The notes beneath the pieces are model-generated. The model had not been told where the DNA came from. It searched no databases and saw only the letters and a program-made list of their open reading frames with translations. Made by a program: the position numbers and the translations under genes. Shown one piece after another: positions 27,452 through 37,429 of a stretch of DNA of 64,000 nucleotides. Position 1 is the first letter of the stretch; each line of letters opens with the position of its first letter. The DNA comes from Chlorobiota bacterium (GTDB lineage Bacteria > Bacteroidota > Ignavibacteria > Kapaibacteriales > NICIL-2), in the NCBI GenBank assembly GCA_044224515.1, contig JBGAKH010000014.1:12722-76721 (forward strand), read 5' to 3'.

Positions 27452-28449
27452 TGAATACCCGAAAAACTCAGGGCATGAAGGTGTTTCGTGAAACTCGTCA
27501 TACAGCTACGAAGTGCGGATGGATCTCAGCTTTTCTTTGCTATATGCGCAGAGCGGAGCTCTGCGCCTGCTTCGCCATGAAGCGATTGTGCAATGTCGCA
27601 TTAGTACTGAGTTTGAGCTGTGCACTACAGGCTGCACCGGACTCTACGAGTGTTTCAAGCTCATCATCAAGCACTGGTAGTGTGGTGTCAGGCGAAGCGG
27701 CCAAACTCCTTATCGGGACTGACGTAAAGAGACCATGGACCAACCGAGACACGACTGCCACTCTCATTCGTCAGCCAAGTGCAGAACAATGGCGCGAAGC
27801 ACTCTCCAGGAATGACTATAGTTATGATCGGCAGAGAACGCAACCCCGGTGGAGTTTGATGGATAGCATTTTGCGCTGGCTTGAAGGTCGATTGCCTCGA
27901 GTGGAGGGGGTTGAAATGAACGGCACTTTTGAGGTGCTGAAGTATCTCCTGCCCATTGTTTTTCTGTTCATAGTTGTTTGGCTGCTTGGAAAAGGAAATC
28001 TCCGCTTGAGTCTGCGTCGTTCGGCTCCTCAGTTGGAGTCAATGGACGTCGAAGAAGTGCTCGCTGCCACGCCCGATGACCTTCGTGCGCGCTGCACCGA
28101 AGCAGAGCAAGACAAGGACTATCGGCGCGCTACCCGTTATCAGTTTCTCATTGCATTGCGTGAAGTCGTCGATAGAGGAATGGTTCATTATGATCCTTCG
28201 AAAACGAATCGACAGTACATGCGCGAGCTTCGGCTTCAGCCATTTCACACTGAGTTTTCCGCACTGGCAGGAACTTTTGAAGCGGTTTGGTATGGTGAGC
28301 ATGGTATCGAGCTTCAGGATTACCAAGAGATAGTTCAGCGAACAAAGCGCATCAGCACAGCAATATCAGAAGCTCAGCCACAACGTGCCGCGAATGATAC
28401 GTTGACATCAACTTCTGAGACATCTGTGCCTGAGGAGGTGTCGCAATGA
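27448..28449 (+). CDS. DUF4129 domain protein
   Basis: A....DYR.A.RY.FL..L......G.......KTN..Y..EL ... FE.VWYG; one central TM helix. Start uncertain. Confidence 0.85.
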   Translation: MMNTRKTQGMKVFRETRHTATKCGWISAFLCYMRRAELCACFAMKRLCNVALVLSLSCALQAAPDSTSVSSSSSSTGSVVSGEAAKLLIGTDVKRPWTNRDTTATLIRQPSAEQWREALSRNDYSYDRQRTQPRWSLMDSILRWLEGRLPRVEGVEMNGTFEVLKYLLPIVFLFIVVWLLGKGNLRLSLRRSAPQLESMDVEEVLAATPDDLRARCTEAEQDKDYRRATRYQFLIALREVVDRGMVHYDPSKTNRQYMRELRLQPFHTEFSALAGTFEAVWYGEHGIELQDYQEIVQRTKRISTAISEAQPQRAANDTLTSTSETSVPEEVSQ

Positions 28450-29651
28450 CGAAAGCAATACTTAAGCTCGTGGGCAGTATTGTTTTGGTACTAGTTCTTG
28501 CCGTTGTCCTGCAAGCACTCATGCCTAGACACATCGATTGGTCGTTGAGCTACTCGAAGAACCACAATTCACCCTACGGATGTTCTTTACTGTACGATAT
28601 CCTTCCTGCAGTCTTCGACGGTGGCAACGCGGAAGTTCAAGCTGTGACGCTGTACGAGCGTTCCATTGATGAAAAGCTCAATGCTCACAATCTGCATCTC
28701 TTTGTAAGTGCAAGCTTCGCTCCGGATCAGCGAAGCTTGGATCGTATGATGCTCTCGCTTCGCAAGGGAAGTACGGTGTTTGTTTCCGCAGCCGGTTTTG
28801 CAAAGGACGTTTGGGATAGCGTGGGTTTTCGTCTAACATGGGTATGGGCATCGGATAGCTCTCGAGTGCATTTCATGGCACCTAGCTCCAAACAACATAC
28901 ATTCCTGGTTCCGGGGCAAGCCTTAACGTGTTGCTTTGACAGTCTTGCGAGCAGCGCAACTGTCCTGGCTTGTAATGATGACAATCAACCGGTCTTTGTT
29001 CGCTTCGCAATCGGAGAAGGAAGTCTGTATGTCTGCACACTTCCCACAATGTTCACGAACTACGCACTGAGTGATGACACCCTGCGGGAGTTTAGTATGG
29101 AAGTGCTGTCTAAACTTCCCAATCGTCCGCCAATCTGGGATGAATACTACAAGCCCAAGCATCATGATGAAGGCTCGATGTTTCGGGTGCTATTCAGAGA
29201 TTCGCGACTCAAAAGCGCTTACTATATCGTCTTGTTTACAATGATCGTGTTTGTAGCCTTGCACATGAAACGTCGAGAGCGCGTCATTCCGCTTATCACG
29301 CCTCTTGCCAATTCGACACGTGATTTTGTGACGACAGTAGGGCAGTTGTACTACGAGCACCGTGATTCAACGTCCATGATACGTCGGATGACCCAATACT
29401 TCTTTGAAGATCTCCGTTCGCGATACTACATCGATAGTCTGTCCTACAATGATGAAAGTGTGCAACGCGTCGCGTCAAAATGTGGATTACCTTTCTCAGA
29501 TGTGCGCGAGCTCTTTCAAGAGTTACAGAGAGAATCAGATAATGTCTTTGCGAACGACAAAGATGTTATGCGCATGCACAAGCGCATTGCAGAGTTTTGG
29601 AAAGCTGCAGCCAATCGAGGTGCTCCCTCAACCATGTCGGAATCGCTATGA
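28446..29651 (+). CDS. DUF4350 domain protein
   Basis: N-terminal TM, DW..SYS.....PYG, P..FTNY.L, WDEYYK, KRR.R.IP.I.PL.N.T..FV.T.G.LY. Confidence 0.85.
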   Translation: MTKAILKLVGSIVLVLVLAVVLQALMPRHIDWSLSYSKNHNSPYGCSLLYDILPAVFDGGNAEVQAVTLYERSIDEKLNAHNLHLFVSASFAPDQRSLDRMMLSLRKGSTVFVSAAGFAKDVWDSVGFRLTWVWASDSSRVHFMAPSSKQHTFLVPGQALTCCFDSLASSATVLACNDDNQPVFVRFAIGEGSLYVCTLPTMFTNYALSDDTLREFSMEVLSKLPNRPPIWDEYYKPKHHDEGSMFRVLFRDSRLKSAYYIVLFTMIVFVALHMKRRERVIPLITPLANSTRDFVTTVGQLYYEHRDSTSMIRRMTQYFFEDLRSRYYIDSLSYNDESVQRVASKCGLPFSDVRELFQELQRESDNVFANDKDVMRMHKRIAEFWKAAANRGAPSTMSESL

Positions 29652-29774
29652 CACGACTCATGGAGCAGAGAGTGATTGAGACGCATGTTGCCCGACAGTT
29701 TACGAGTTTTCCTCTACGCTGGGGAATAGTCCGGAATCTTACTACACGAACTACAACACTATTGGAAAGATCAT

Positions 29775-30740
29775 ATGTTTGAACAGCGCATCGATATTGC
29801 AAGGGTACAAGAGGCAGCCCAACGTGTGCGAGCAGAGCTTGCAAAAGTTGTGGTTGGACAAGAAGAGATGGTGGATCTACTTTTGGCGGCACTGCTGAGC
29901 AATGGACACATCCTTCTTGAAGGAGTTCCCGGGGTGGCGAAAACACTCAGCGCCAAAGCTCTTTCTCGAACACTTTCCTTAGGATTTTCCCGTATACAAT
30001 TCACTCCGGATCTGATGCCATCGGACGTTTTGGGCACCATGGTCTTCGATCCGAAGAGCACCGAGTTTCGCTTCAAACAAGGCCCGGTGTTTAGTAATGT
30101 TATCCTGGTCGATGAAATCAACCGAGCTCCCGCAAAGACGCAGTCTGCCTTGCTAGAACTAATGGAAGAACGTCAGGTAACGGTCGATGGACAGAGTCGT
30201 GCCATGTTGCAGCCTTTTTTGGTGATAGCGACGCAGAACCCGGTTGAACACGAAGGCACGTATCGCTTGCCTGAGGCACAGCTGGATCGTTTCCTCTTTA
30301 AGATCATGGTGGGCTACCCTAGCGCAGAGCACGAAGCGCAAATCTTGCGTGGCATGCATGAGCGCAAAGGATCCGTTGGTTTGGATCTCGTTGAGCCGGT
30401 GCTGAGCGCAGAGGATATCCGCCGGACCCGCGACTTGGTGAGTTCAGTGCATGTGGAGACAAAGCTCTATGACTACATAACAGCGCTGGTTCAGGCTACT
30501 CGCACACATGCCGGACTTTACCTTGGTGCATCGCCTCGGGCATCCATCGGTATACTTCGGAGTTCGCAGGCAATTGCAGCGCTAAACGGACAGGATTTTG
30601 TTACTCCGGACCACATTCGCGAAGTAGTGAAACCCGTGCTGCGTCACCGAATCCAACTCAGTCCGGAACGCGAAATGGAAGGCGCACGCCCCGATGATCT
30701 TATCAAGGAGATTGTCGAGAAGACGGAAGTTCCACGTTAA
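29775..30740 (+). CDS. moxR: MoxR-family AAA+ ATPase
   Basis: [14 protein letters not shown] (Walker A), [49 protein letters not shown] and GASPRA. Confidence 0.96.
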   Translation: MFEQRIDIARVQEAAQRVRAELAKVVVGQEEMVDLLLAALLSNGHILLEGVPGVAKTLSAKALSRTLSLGFSRIQFTPDLMPSDVLGTMVFDPKSTEFRFKQGPVFSNVILVDEINRAPAKTQSALLELMEERQVTVDGQSRAMLQPFLVIATQNPVEHEGTYRLPEAQLDRFLFKIMVGYPSAEHEAQILRGMHERKGSVGLDLVEPVLSAEDIRRTRDLVSSVHVETKLYDYITALVQATRTHAGLYLGASPRASIGILRSSQAIAALNGQDFVTPDHIREVVKPVLRHRIQLSPEREMEGARPDDLIKEIVEKTEVPR

Positions 30741-30903
30741 AGGGCAGGACAGAGGTTGCTGCATGAGTGGACAAGCTGTGCTTCTGCTTGCGTAACAAAC
30801 CGGGCAAAGACCGGAGCACGGTTGATGTGAGATAGGTGACTACAGTGGAAATAGCTAATGAATGTCGGTGGAGCGCAAAGGTGAATAGTTACAGGGTCAG
30901 TTC

Positions 30904-32244
30904 ATGAAATTTTTGAAAAAGCTCTTTAGAGAATTGCGATTTGGTGTGCGACTCTACGCATCACTCATAGGGGTTGCTGTGCTCTTTCTCCTGAGTTTTT
31001 TTGTAGCATTCTTAGAATCGTTTGCCATCATTGCGTTGGTCGCTGTCATAGGGGCTGCCATAGCTGATGTTCTACGGTTGTTTGTACATGATGGAATAAG
31101 CATACGACGCGAGCTTAGCGAGCGACTATCAAACGGCGACAATAATCCGGTTCAGTTGTTTCTTGAAAGTCGCTATCCCTTTGCCGTCAGCTACCGCATT
31201 ATCGATGAGATTCCCTTTCAGTTCCAACAGAGATTTTTTCATATCGACGGCGCGCTTGAAGCAGCGCAGAGTGCCTGCTTGCGCTACATGGTACGTCCAA
31301 CCGAGCGAGGCGAGTACAATTTCGGCGACATCAATGTGTTTTATCGCACGCGCATTGGATGTGCAGAGAGACACATTCGCAGCGCCGCTTCTACTGCAGT
31401 GGAAGTGTATCCGTCGTACCTTCAAATGCGACACTACGAGTTGATGGCCGCAACAAATCGTCTGACAGAGGTTGGAGTAAAACGCATTCGTCGTCGAGGT
31501 CAAGCACAAGAGTTCGATCAGATTCGAGAGTATGTTCCCGGCGATGAGTATCGTACGATTAATTGGAACGCAACAGCGCGACGAAGCGAGTTGATGGTGA
31601 ATCAGTATCGAGATGAGAAGTCGCAACCCATTTACTCCTTGATCGACATGGGTAGAACCATGCAAATGCCCTTCGAAGGCATGAGTTTGCTCGACTACGC
31701 TATCAACTCTACCCTTGTGATCTCCAATATTGCGATGTTGAAAGATGACAAAGCCGGCTTAATCAGCTTCTCTGAGAACGTCAACGCGAGCCTCAGAGCC
31801 GAGTGTGGGCGTGGACACATGCAGAAGATTCTGGAACTGCTATACAATCAACAAACGCGATTTAAAGAATCGAATTATGAGTTGTTGTACGCCACGGTTC
31901 GTCGGACTGTACACCAGCGATCGCTTTTGTTTCTGTATACGAACTTTGAGACACTAAGTTCACTGAAGCGACAAATCCCCACCTTTCGCATGTTGTCTCA
32001 ATCCCATGTACTCTGTGTGATTTTCTTCGAAAACACCGAATTGCGAAGTTTATTGGAAAGTCCGGCACGTACAATAGAAGACATGTACATTCATACCATC
32101 GGACAAAAATTCGCGCACGAAAAAAAGCTCATGATCAGAGAGCTTCGGCGTTACGGCATCCATGCTCTCTGCACAGTCCCGGCTGATCTCAGCGTTAACA
32201 CAATCAACAAGTACCTCGAACTCAAAGCCCGCGGTGTGTTGTAA
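30904..32244 (+). CDS. DUF58 domain protein (vWA-like MoxR partner)
   Basis: P.ERG.Y.FG, VYPS, EFDQIREYVPGD.YR.INW.ATAR...LMVNQY.DE and IDMGRTM. Confidence 0.93.
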   Translation: MKFLKKLFRELRFGVRLYASLIGVAVLFLLSFFVAFLESFAIIALVAVIGAAIADVLRLFVHDGISIRRELSERLSNGDNNPVQLFLESRYPFAVSYRIIDEIPFQFQQRFFHIDGALEAAQSACLRYMVRPTERGEYNFGDINVFYRTRIGCAERHIRSAASTAVEVYPSYLQMRHYELMAATNRLTEVGVKRIRRRGQAQEFDQIREYVPGDEYRTINWNATARRSELMVNQYRDEKSQPIYSLIDMGRTMQMPFEGMSLLDYAINSTLVISNIAMLKDDKAGLISFSENVNASLRAECGRGHMQKILELLYNQQTRFKESNYELLYATVRRTVHQRSLLFLYTNFETLSSLKRQIPTFRMLSQSHVLCVIFFENTELRSLLESPARTIEDMYIHTIGQKFAHEKKLMIRELRRYGIHALCTVPADLSVNTINKYLELKARGVL

Positions 32245-32273
32245 AATCACGGCAATCCTTTTAGGCTGCTGCG

Positions 32274-33263
32274 CTAGTGCTTCAGAGAAAAGACGTGAAA
32301 GACTTGTGGGAAGATCGCTGCACAACATTCTTGAACTGCCTTCAACGATCCCGGCATGGCAATGAGTAAACTGGACTCATGCATTCCGGCGCAGCTGCGC
32401 GAGAGCATGGCAGTAGGGCTTCGATCTTGTCCATAGCGACGCATCGTCTCCGACACTCCGGGCAACTCGCGATCGAAGAGCGGACGCATCGCTTCCACAC
32501 TTCTGTCTCGACCGGAGACTCCTGTGCCTCCTGTGCTAATAATGCATTCAATACCTTGCTCGCACCATACTCTCAGCTGTTCTTGTATGCGGTCGAGTTC
32601 GTCAGGAAGTACTGTGGCTTCCGAGCATGAAAATCCATGCAGACGCAGTTGCTGAACAAGGAACTCACCGCTTCTATCCTGCGCTTCGCCGGCTGCCACG
32701 CGGTCGGAACACACTAATACGGCAGCGCGCAATTGAGGGATGGATTCCGGCTCTCTCTTCGTTAACCACTCAACGTTTTGCGTCTTCTCGCGATCAACCT
32801 GTGCTTGAGCCGATGAGGGCTGATGTTCTATTAACGAAGTCAATGCGCGATCGGATTTACCACCTTGCTTGCGGAGCAATCGAATCCCCTCAATGACGAT
32901 ATGCGGGTCAATGGGCTTCAGCATGTCGTAGGCTGTCAGCGCGGCTATAGAAGCGCCGTGCATGGCTTCAACTTCAACGCCGGTCTTGTAGACCGTATGC
33001 ACTTCCACTTCTATCGTCAAAGAAATCTCACTGAGTTCGAACCGTACAGAGCAATACTCAATCGGCAAAGGATGACAATCCGGAATAAGGTCAGAAGTTT
33101 TCTTTACGCCAAAAAGGGCGGCAATACGTGCGCTTTCGAAGACGTTGCCTTTAGGGACACTGTCGCTGCGAAGTGATTCGTAGGTTCCGGGCTGCGAGAA
33201 GCGTACGACAGCCTCTGCTACGGCGATGCGTAAACTGTTAGACTTAGAACTAATGTCAGTCAT
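32274..33263 (-). CDS. moaC: Bifunctional molybdenum cofactor biosynthesis protein MoaC/MoaB(MogA)
   Basis: MTDIS.K...LR.A.A, PKG.VF..AR.A, LIPDCHPLP, TGVEVEAM, YDMLKP and K.GGKS; then SDR, DRSG, TGGTG...RD, AMLSR and PGS.KAV. Confidence 0.93.
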   Translation of the reverse strand: MTDISSKSNSLRIAVAEAVVRFSQPGTYESLRSDSVPKGNVFESARIAALFGVKKTSDLIPDCHPLPIEYCSVRFELSEISLTIEVEVHTVYKTGVEVEAMHGASIAALTAYDMLKPIDPHIVIEGIRLLRKQGGKSDRALTSLIEHQPSSAQAQVDREKTQNVEWLTKREPESIPQLRAAVLVCSDRVAAGEAQDRSGEFLVQQLRLHGFSCSEATVLPDELDRIQEQLRVWCEQGIECIISTGGTGVSGRDRSVEAMRPLFDRELPGVSETMRRYGQDRSPTAMLSRSCAGMHESSLLIAMPGSLKAVQECCAAIFPQVFHVFSLKH

Positions 33264-33294
33264 GAGTTGTGATCTCTCAGGATTCGTGTACAGA

Positions 33295-33735
33295 TTATAG
33301 GGGACTTTCCGGACGTTTAGCAACGGTTGATCCGTCGTCGAGATACTCAGTTCCCCAAATTGGCCAGGTGGTTTTAATGAGACGAACCACTTCTTCCATC
33401 GCACTAAAGCAATGTTTTCGATGTCGTGCCGCAAGCAAAACGACGAGTGACGCCTCACCAACGCTAACAACGTCGAGACTATGCCAAACCCTGACATGCT
33501 GCAGTTGAAAGCGAGTAGCCACTTCGAGAACTCCTTTCTCGGCCTGCTCCGAAAGCATCGCTTCATAGCAACTGTAGTGCATGTGCGACACCTGGTGTTC
33601 ACCGTGCCGATCCGCTCGTATCACTCCATCAAAACGCAACAGCGCACCGCATTCGCCCTCGTCACACATGGATCGGTACGCGGAGTCTACAATAGAAGAA
33701 CTCACCGGACCATGGACAAATTCACATCGTATCAC
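33295..33735 (-). CDS. moaE: Molybdopterin synthase catalytic subunit
   Basis: GA...F.G.IR, Y..YE.M, H....V.VGE.S and HR...F.......IK...PIW..E. Confidence 0.9.
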   Translation of the reverse strand: MIRCEFVHGPVSSSIVDSAYRSMCDEGECGALLRFDGVIRADRHGEHQVSHMHYSCYEAMLSEQAEKGVLEVATRFQLQHVRVWHSLDVVSVGEASLVVLLAARHRKHCFSAMEEVVRLIKTTWPIWGTEYLDDGSTVAKRPESPL

Positions 33736-34859
33736 AGCTCAGTCCTCCTTAGTAGTCGTTGCCATTCTTCCAAACCCCCATGCAAAGATTTTAGATGTAA
33801 TCCAGGGTAAGCAGGTTGTAGCTGCAAACACAATTCTGTGCTTCTCTTTCCCTTGGTGCAACAAATCACGACCTCAGTGCCGGTAGCAAGCCTACTAAGT
33901 ATAAGGTGACATTCATGCGCCGAACAGAGTGTCGCAAAAGGCAGTAGATCGACTTCGGAAGGAGAGCCATGCAACTGTAGTACCAGTGGGGCAGCCATGG
34001 CATCGAAACGCTGCTGTAACTCCTGAGCACTTACAGTCTCCGGCAGCGACCTGTCTGAAGCATGGTCTTTCGTTGCCTTGGTATAGTATCGCTCAAATGC
34101 CTCAACATTGAGCGTGTGTGGCGGACGATTAGAAAGGTCTGCATTAAGCTCGAAGAGACGAGTCTCTAAACTGTCCAGTGACATGTAAAACACATGCTGC
34201 ACCAGTCGTGCAGTGCCATGACCAAGTAACTCCAGAGTCGTATCGGTCATGAGCGCTGCAGCCACCGCACACACACTGGCAATAATGCCATCGCGTGCGC
34301 AGGAATAACGGGCAACAATGCTATCGTCAGGAAAAATCGCGCGAAGATCGGCGCTGCGTGTGCCGTCCGGTTGCGCCACATTGTATGCCGCAACGGACAG
34401 TTCTCGAGCTTGAACAGCTGCCGAAACCAGCGCTATATCCAACACGCAGCAGGCGTCGTTGACAAGATAACGCGTCTCGAAATTATCCGAACAATCTACC
34501 ACAAGATCCGCGTTGCGTAACAGTTCAATGGCATTTCCGGCGTGCAGACGAAGATCAACGCCGGTGACCAGTATCTCAGAGTTGAGTTGTTGTAAGCGCA
34601 TCGCTGCGCGCTGCGCTTTGGGATGGCCGATATCATCTTCGGTAAACACGACTTGACGATGCAGGTTCGTCAGTTCAACCCTGTCGTCATCAATGATGGT
34701 AATGTTGCCAACACCGGCGGCGGCCAAGTGTAGCAACAAGACAGAGCCCAAGCCGCCGGCTCCGACCACCACTACTCGCGCCTCGAACAAACGCTGCTGC
34801 GCTTCGATGCCAAAATGGTGCAGACTGATTTGTCGCTGATATCGTCGATAATCTATCAT
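33732..34859 (-). CDS. moeB: MoeB/ThiF adenylyltransferase with a C-terminal rhodanese domain
   Basis: RY.RQI, VVGAGGLG, D.VE.TNLHRQ, DCSDNF.TRYL.ND.C, SC...G; C-terminal C.KG.RS...SL.GG...W. Confidence 0.9.
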   Translation of the reverse strand: MIDYRRYQRQISLHHFGIEAQQRLFEARVVVVGAGGLGSVLLLHLAAAGVGNITIIDDDRVELTNLHRQVVFTEDDIGHPKAQRAAMRLQQLNSEILVTGVDLRLHAGNAIELLRNADLVVDCSDNFETRYLVNDACCVLDIALVSAAVQARELSVAAYNVAQPDGTRSADLRAIFPDDSIVARYSCARDGIIASVCAVAAALMTDTTLELLGHGTARLVQHVFYMSLDSLETRLFELNADLSNRPPHTLNVEAFERYYTKATKDHASDRSLPETVSAQELQQRFDAMAAPLVLQLHGSPSEVDLLPFATLCSAHECHLILSRLATGTEVVICCTKGKRSTELCLQLQPAYPGLHLKSLHGGLEEWQRLLRRTEL

Positions 34860-34871
34860 TGTATTCTATAC

Positions 34872-35117
34872 CTAGCCTCCCGAAAATGGAGGAAGGACGG
34901 CAATCTCATCGTCCGGTTCTAGAACCTGCTCGTCCGTAACGATACGACGTCCGACCGCAATCGCGTAAGCCTCATGTGCTAAGACGGGATAGAGTGAGGC
35001 TAGCCGCTCTTTTAACATTCCGACATCAAGTCGACCGCTGTGTTCGACAAGCACCGTGTCGCTGCCGACCAAGCTCCGCAAGTGGGAGAAAAGAAGTATG
35101 GTGTAGTTATGGTTCAT
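34872..35117 (-). CDS. moaD: Molybdopterin synthase sulfur carrier
   Basis: ILLFS.LR..VG ... DEIAVLPPFSGG (C-terminal Gly-Gly). Confidence 0.92.
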   Translation of the reverse strand: MNHNYTILLFSHLRSLVGSDTVLVEHSGRLDVGMLKERLASLYPVLAHEAYAIAVGRRIVTDEQVLEPDDEIAVLPPFSGG

Positions 35118-35464
35118 GCTAAGAGAACGACGTACATCGAAGTGAAGTGTCTTCGGTTGTAGTTTTTTGGATGTGCACGCAATATTCCAATTGAAGTGCT
35201 TCGAAGTCATACAAAGAGTACTGACTTGCACAGACACCCGCAGAATACCTGTCGAATGAATGTCCTCAAGACGCTGCACTTCGAGTTGTAACAGTCTGCG
35301 AGTACAGCCCTCCTGACTAGGGCGTGCTGACTCGCATGTGCAGTGAAGCGATGTGCTACGCACTTCGTTTACGAATCTTGGCCTGTCTTCCGCATTGAGT
35401 GCTCCTGCCGTATTGCTCATCTCAAACCTTGATGCTGCTTCGTTCAGAGAGAGCGCACACTCGG

Positions 35465-36208
35465 CTATGGAAACAGTAGTTTGAAAGCAGCGACGAAAAG
35501 CACCAGAGCCAGAACACGTTTCAAATTCTGCGACGAGAAACGTGTACTTCCAAACTGTGCTCCAGCGGCACCCCCAAAAACGGCAGCACCCATCCATACC
35601 AAGGGTAGGTGAGGTTGCCATATAGATAATGTTGGGACGAGAGCAGTGAGTCCGGAAATCGAATTCACGAATATAAACAGAGCAGATATCAGGGCTGACT
35701 CGCGAGCGCTGCACCAACCAAGAAAAATCAGTGTGGGACTCAGGAGGACCCCTCCTCCTATGCCGAGCATTCCGGAAGCAAATCCCATGGCAGCACCCAC
35801 AGCAACAGCCATGATGGCAGGCGCTTCATTCCTACGATCAGCGTCCTTCACGGGCCACAATAATCGTCCGGCAGCCAATAACAGAAATGCACCTAGAAGT
35901 TGCTTGTACAAGACAGCATGCAGAGGTATTGAAGCGCCAATGTAGGCACAGGGAACACTGCCAAGCGAGAGCCACAAAAAAAGTCTCAGGTTGAAATTTG
36001 TCTTCGATAGATAGCGCGAGAACGACAGCAAGGCAACCGTACAATTCGTCAACAAGGCAGCAGGGCGAGCGAAGCTCGACTCTACACCAAACACAGCCAT
36101 GAGAGCCAGGTAAGCACTTGCGCCTCCGTGTCCTACCGACGCATACAAGAAAGCAGCCACGAAAAACAGGAGTGCAATGGCTTCATATGACCATGATGCA
36201 TCAAGCAT
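35465..36208 (-). CDS. TauE/SafE-family sulfite/sulfur exporter
   Basis: FLYASVGHGGAS.YLA, G..SG.LGIGGG.LLSP and FIFVNS.SG. Confidence 0.9.
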   Translation of the reverse strand: MLDASWSYEAIALLFFVAAFLYASVGHGGASAYLALMAVFGVESSFARPAALLTNCTVALLSFSRYLSKTNFNLRLFLWLSLGSVPCAYIGASIPLHAVLYKQLLGAFLLLAAGRLLWPVKDADRRNEAPAIMAVAVGAAMGFASGMLGIGGGVLLSPTLIFLGWCSARESALISALFIFVNSISGLTALVPTLSIWQPHLPLVWMGAAVFGGAAGAQFGSTRFSSQNLKRVLALVLFVAAFKLLFP

Positions 36209-37427
36209 GGTGTATCGCGTTCTGATGTAAGGAGAAGAGATCAACGTCGCAGTGCGCACCTGCATGTAGCTCGGTGCATTCAGCAGGAACAATGAGCAAG
36301 CAGTTGGCATCAGCGAACGATTTCATTTTGTAGGATTCTTGTCCTTCAAGTGGCCAGACCTCCCGAAAGTCCGTACATGCTCGAACGAAATGCTGCAACG
36401 AAGTGTTTTTCCGAAAGGGGGATGCCAGGCGGAGCTGCAGGCGTGGCAGCAGAGTGACGCGAAAGCCCATCAGGGAACGTAGGGCAGGGAGTACATATTC
36501 ATAGTAGCAGCAGAGCACCGAGGCCGGATTACCCGGAAGGGCAAAAACCTGCGTGTCATTGTGACGCGCATAGAGTAAGGGTTTTCCCGGACGTTGGCGA
36601 ACCTTGTAGAATATCGTTTCAGCGTGAACTGAGTTTAGCACAGTAGGAATGAAATCGTATTTCCCGACTGAGACGCCGCCGCAGAAAATCACGACATCTG
36701 CTTTTTCCGAAGCTTCAACAAAAGCCTTCTGTATTTCTTGAAAATCGTCTTTGCATTGATGAATGACGTCGATCGACAAATTCTCAGCTTTCAAGGCGGC
36801 GATAAGACTAACGGAGTTCGATTCATAGATCATCGCATCTCCCAGTTCGGCTCCCGCTGCGCAAAGTTCATTGCCGCTCAGGATGAGGTGTATTCGAGGA
36901 CTTCGGTAAACCGGAACCGAAACGATGCCTAAGGACGATAACAAGTTCAGACCTGCAGCCCGGAGCACGCTTCCGGAACTGATAGCAACAGACTGAGCCG
37001 TGAGTACGGAGCCCCTGGGGCGATAGTGTTGGTTGTCGAGCAGCTCCTCTGAGTCTATTACAATCTCTGTATCGAGTGTTTGACAACGCTCTTGCATAAC
37101 GATAGCAGTACAGCCGGTGGGTACTCGCGCGCCGGTCATGATGCGTACTGCTTGTTGTTTCTCAATGGGGTGTTCGTAAGGAGCTCCGGACGAAGACTCT
37201 CCGACGAGTTGAAATCTCAAGGCAGAGCCGCTCGAGTGTGCAATTGCATAACCATCAACGCTTGATTGCGCAAAAGGAGGGAGATCAATAGGAGCACGAA
37301 TATCTTCGGCGACAACCCGATAGAGTGCATTTGCGAGTGGAACCTGTTCGACAGACAGCGGTCGACAGTGCTGGTGTACGAGGCTTTGTGCTTCGGCGAC
37401 CGTGATTAACTCATGATAGCTCGACAT
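36201..37427 (-). CDS. moeA: Molybdopterin molybdotransferase
   Basis: P.F.QS.VDGYA, RIMTGA.VP, SGNEL, I.ESN, GGVSVG.YD, RPGKP and LPGNP.S. Confidence 0.95.
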   Translation of the reverse strand: MSSYHELITVAEAQSLVHQHCRPLSVEQVPLANALYRVVAEDIRAPIDLPPFAQSSVDGYAIAHSSGSALRFQLVGESSSGAPYEHPIEKQQAVRIMTGARVPTGCTAIVMQERCQTLDTEIVIDSEELLDNQHYRPRGSVLTAQSVAISSGSVLRAAGLNLLSSLGIVSVPVYRSPRIHLILSGNELCAAGAELGDAMIYESNSVSLIAALKAENLSIDVIHQCKDDFQEIQKAFVEASEKADVVIFCGGVSVGKYDFIPTVLNSVHAETIFYKVRQRPGKPLLYARHNDTQVFALPGNPASVLCCYYEYVLPALRSLMGFRVTLLPRLQLRLASPFRKNTSLQHFVRACTDFREVWPLEGQESYKMKSFADANCLLIVPAECTELHAGAHCDVDLFSLHQNAIHHA

Positions 37428-37429
37428 CG

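Noticed and set aside
33264-33602. N-terminal extension of MoaC in the ORF track
   Set aside because: It overlaps moaE in another frame; MoaC homology starts at MTDISSK (33263).
35118-35717. Long N-terminal extension of MoaD (281-aa ORF)
   Set aside because: It overlaps tauE in another frame and has no recognisable domain; an 81-aa MoaD from ATG 35117 is the normal size.
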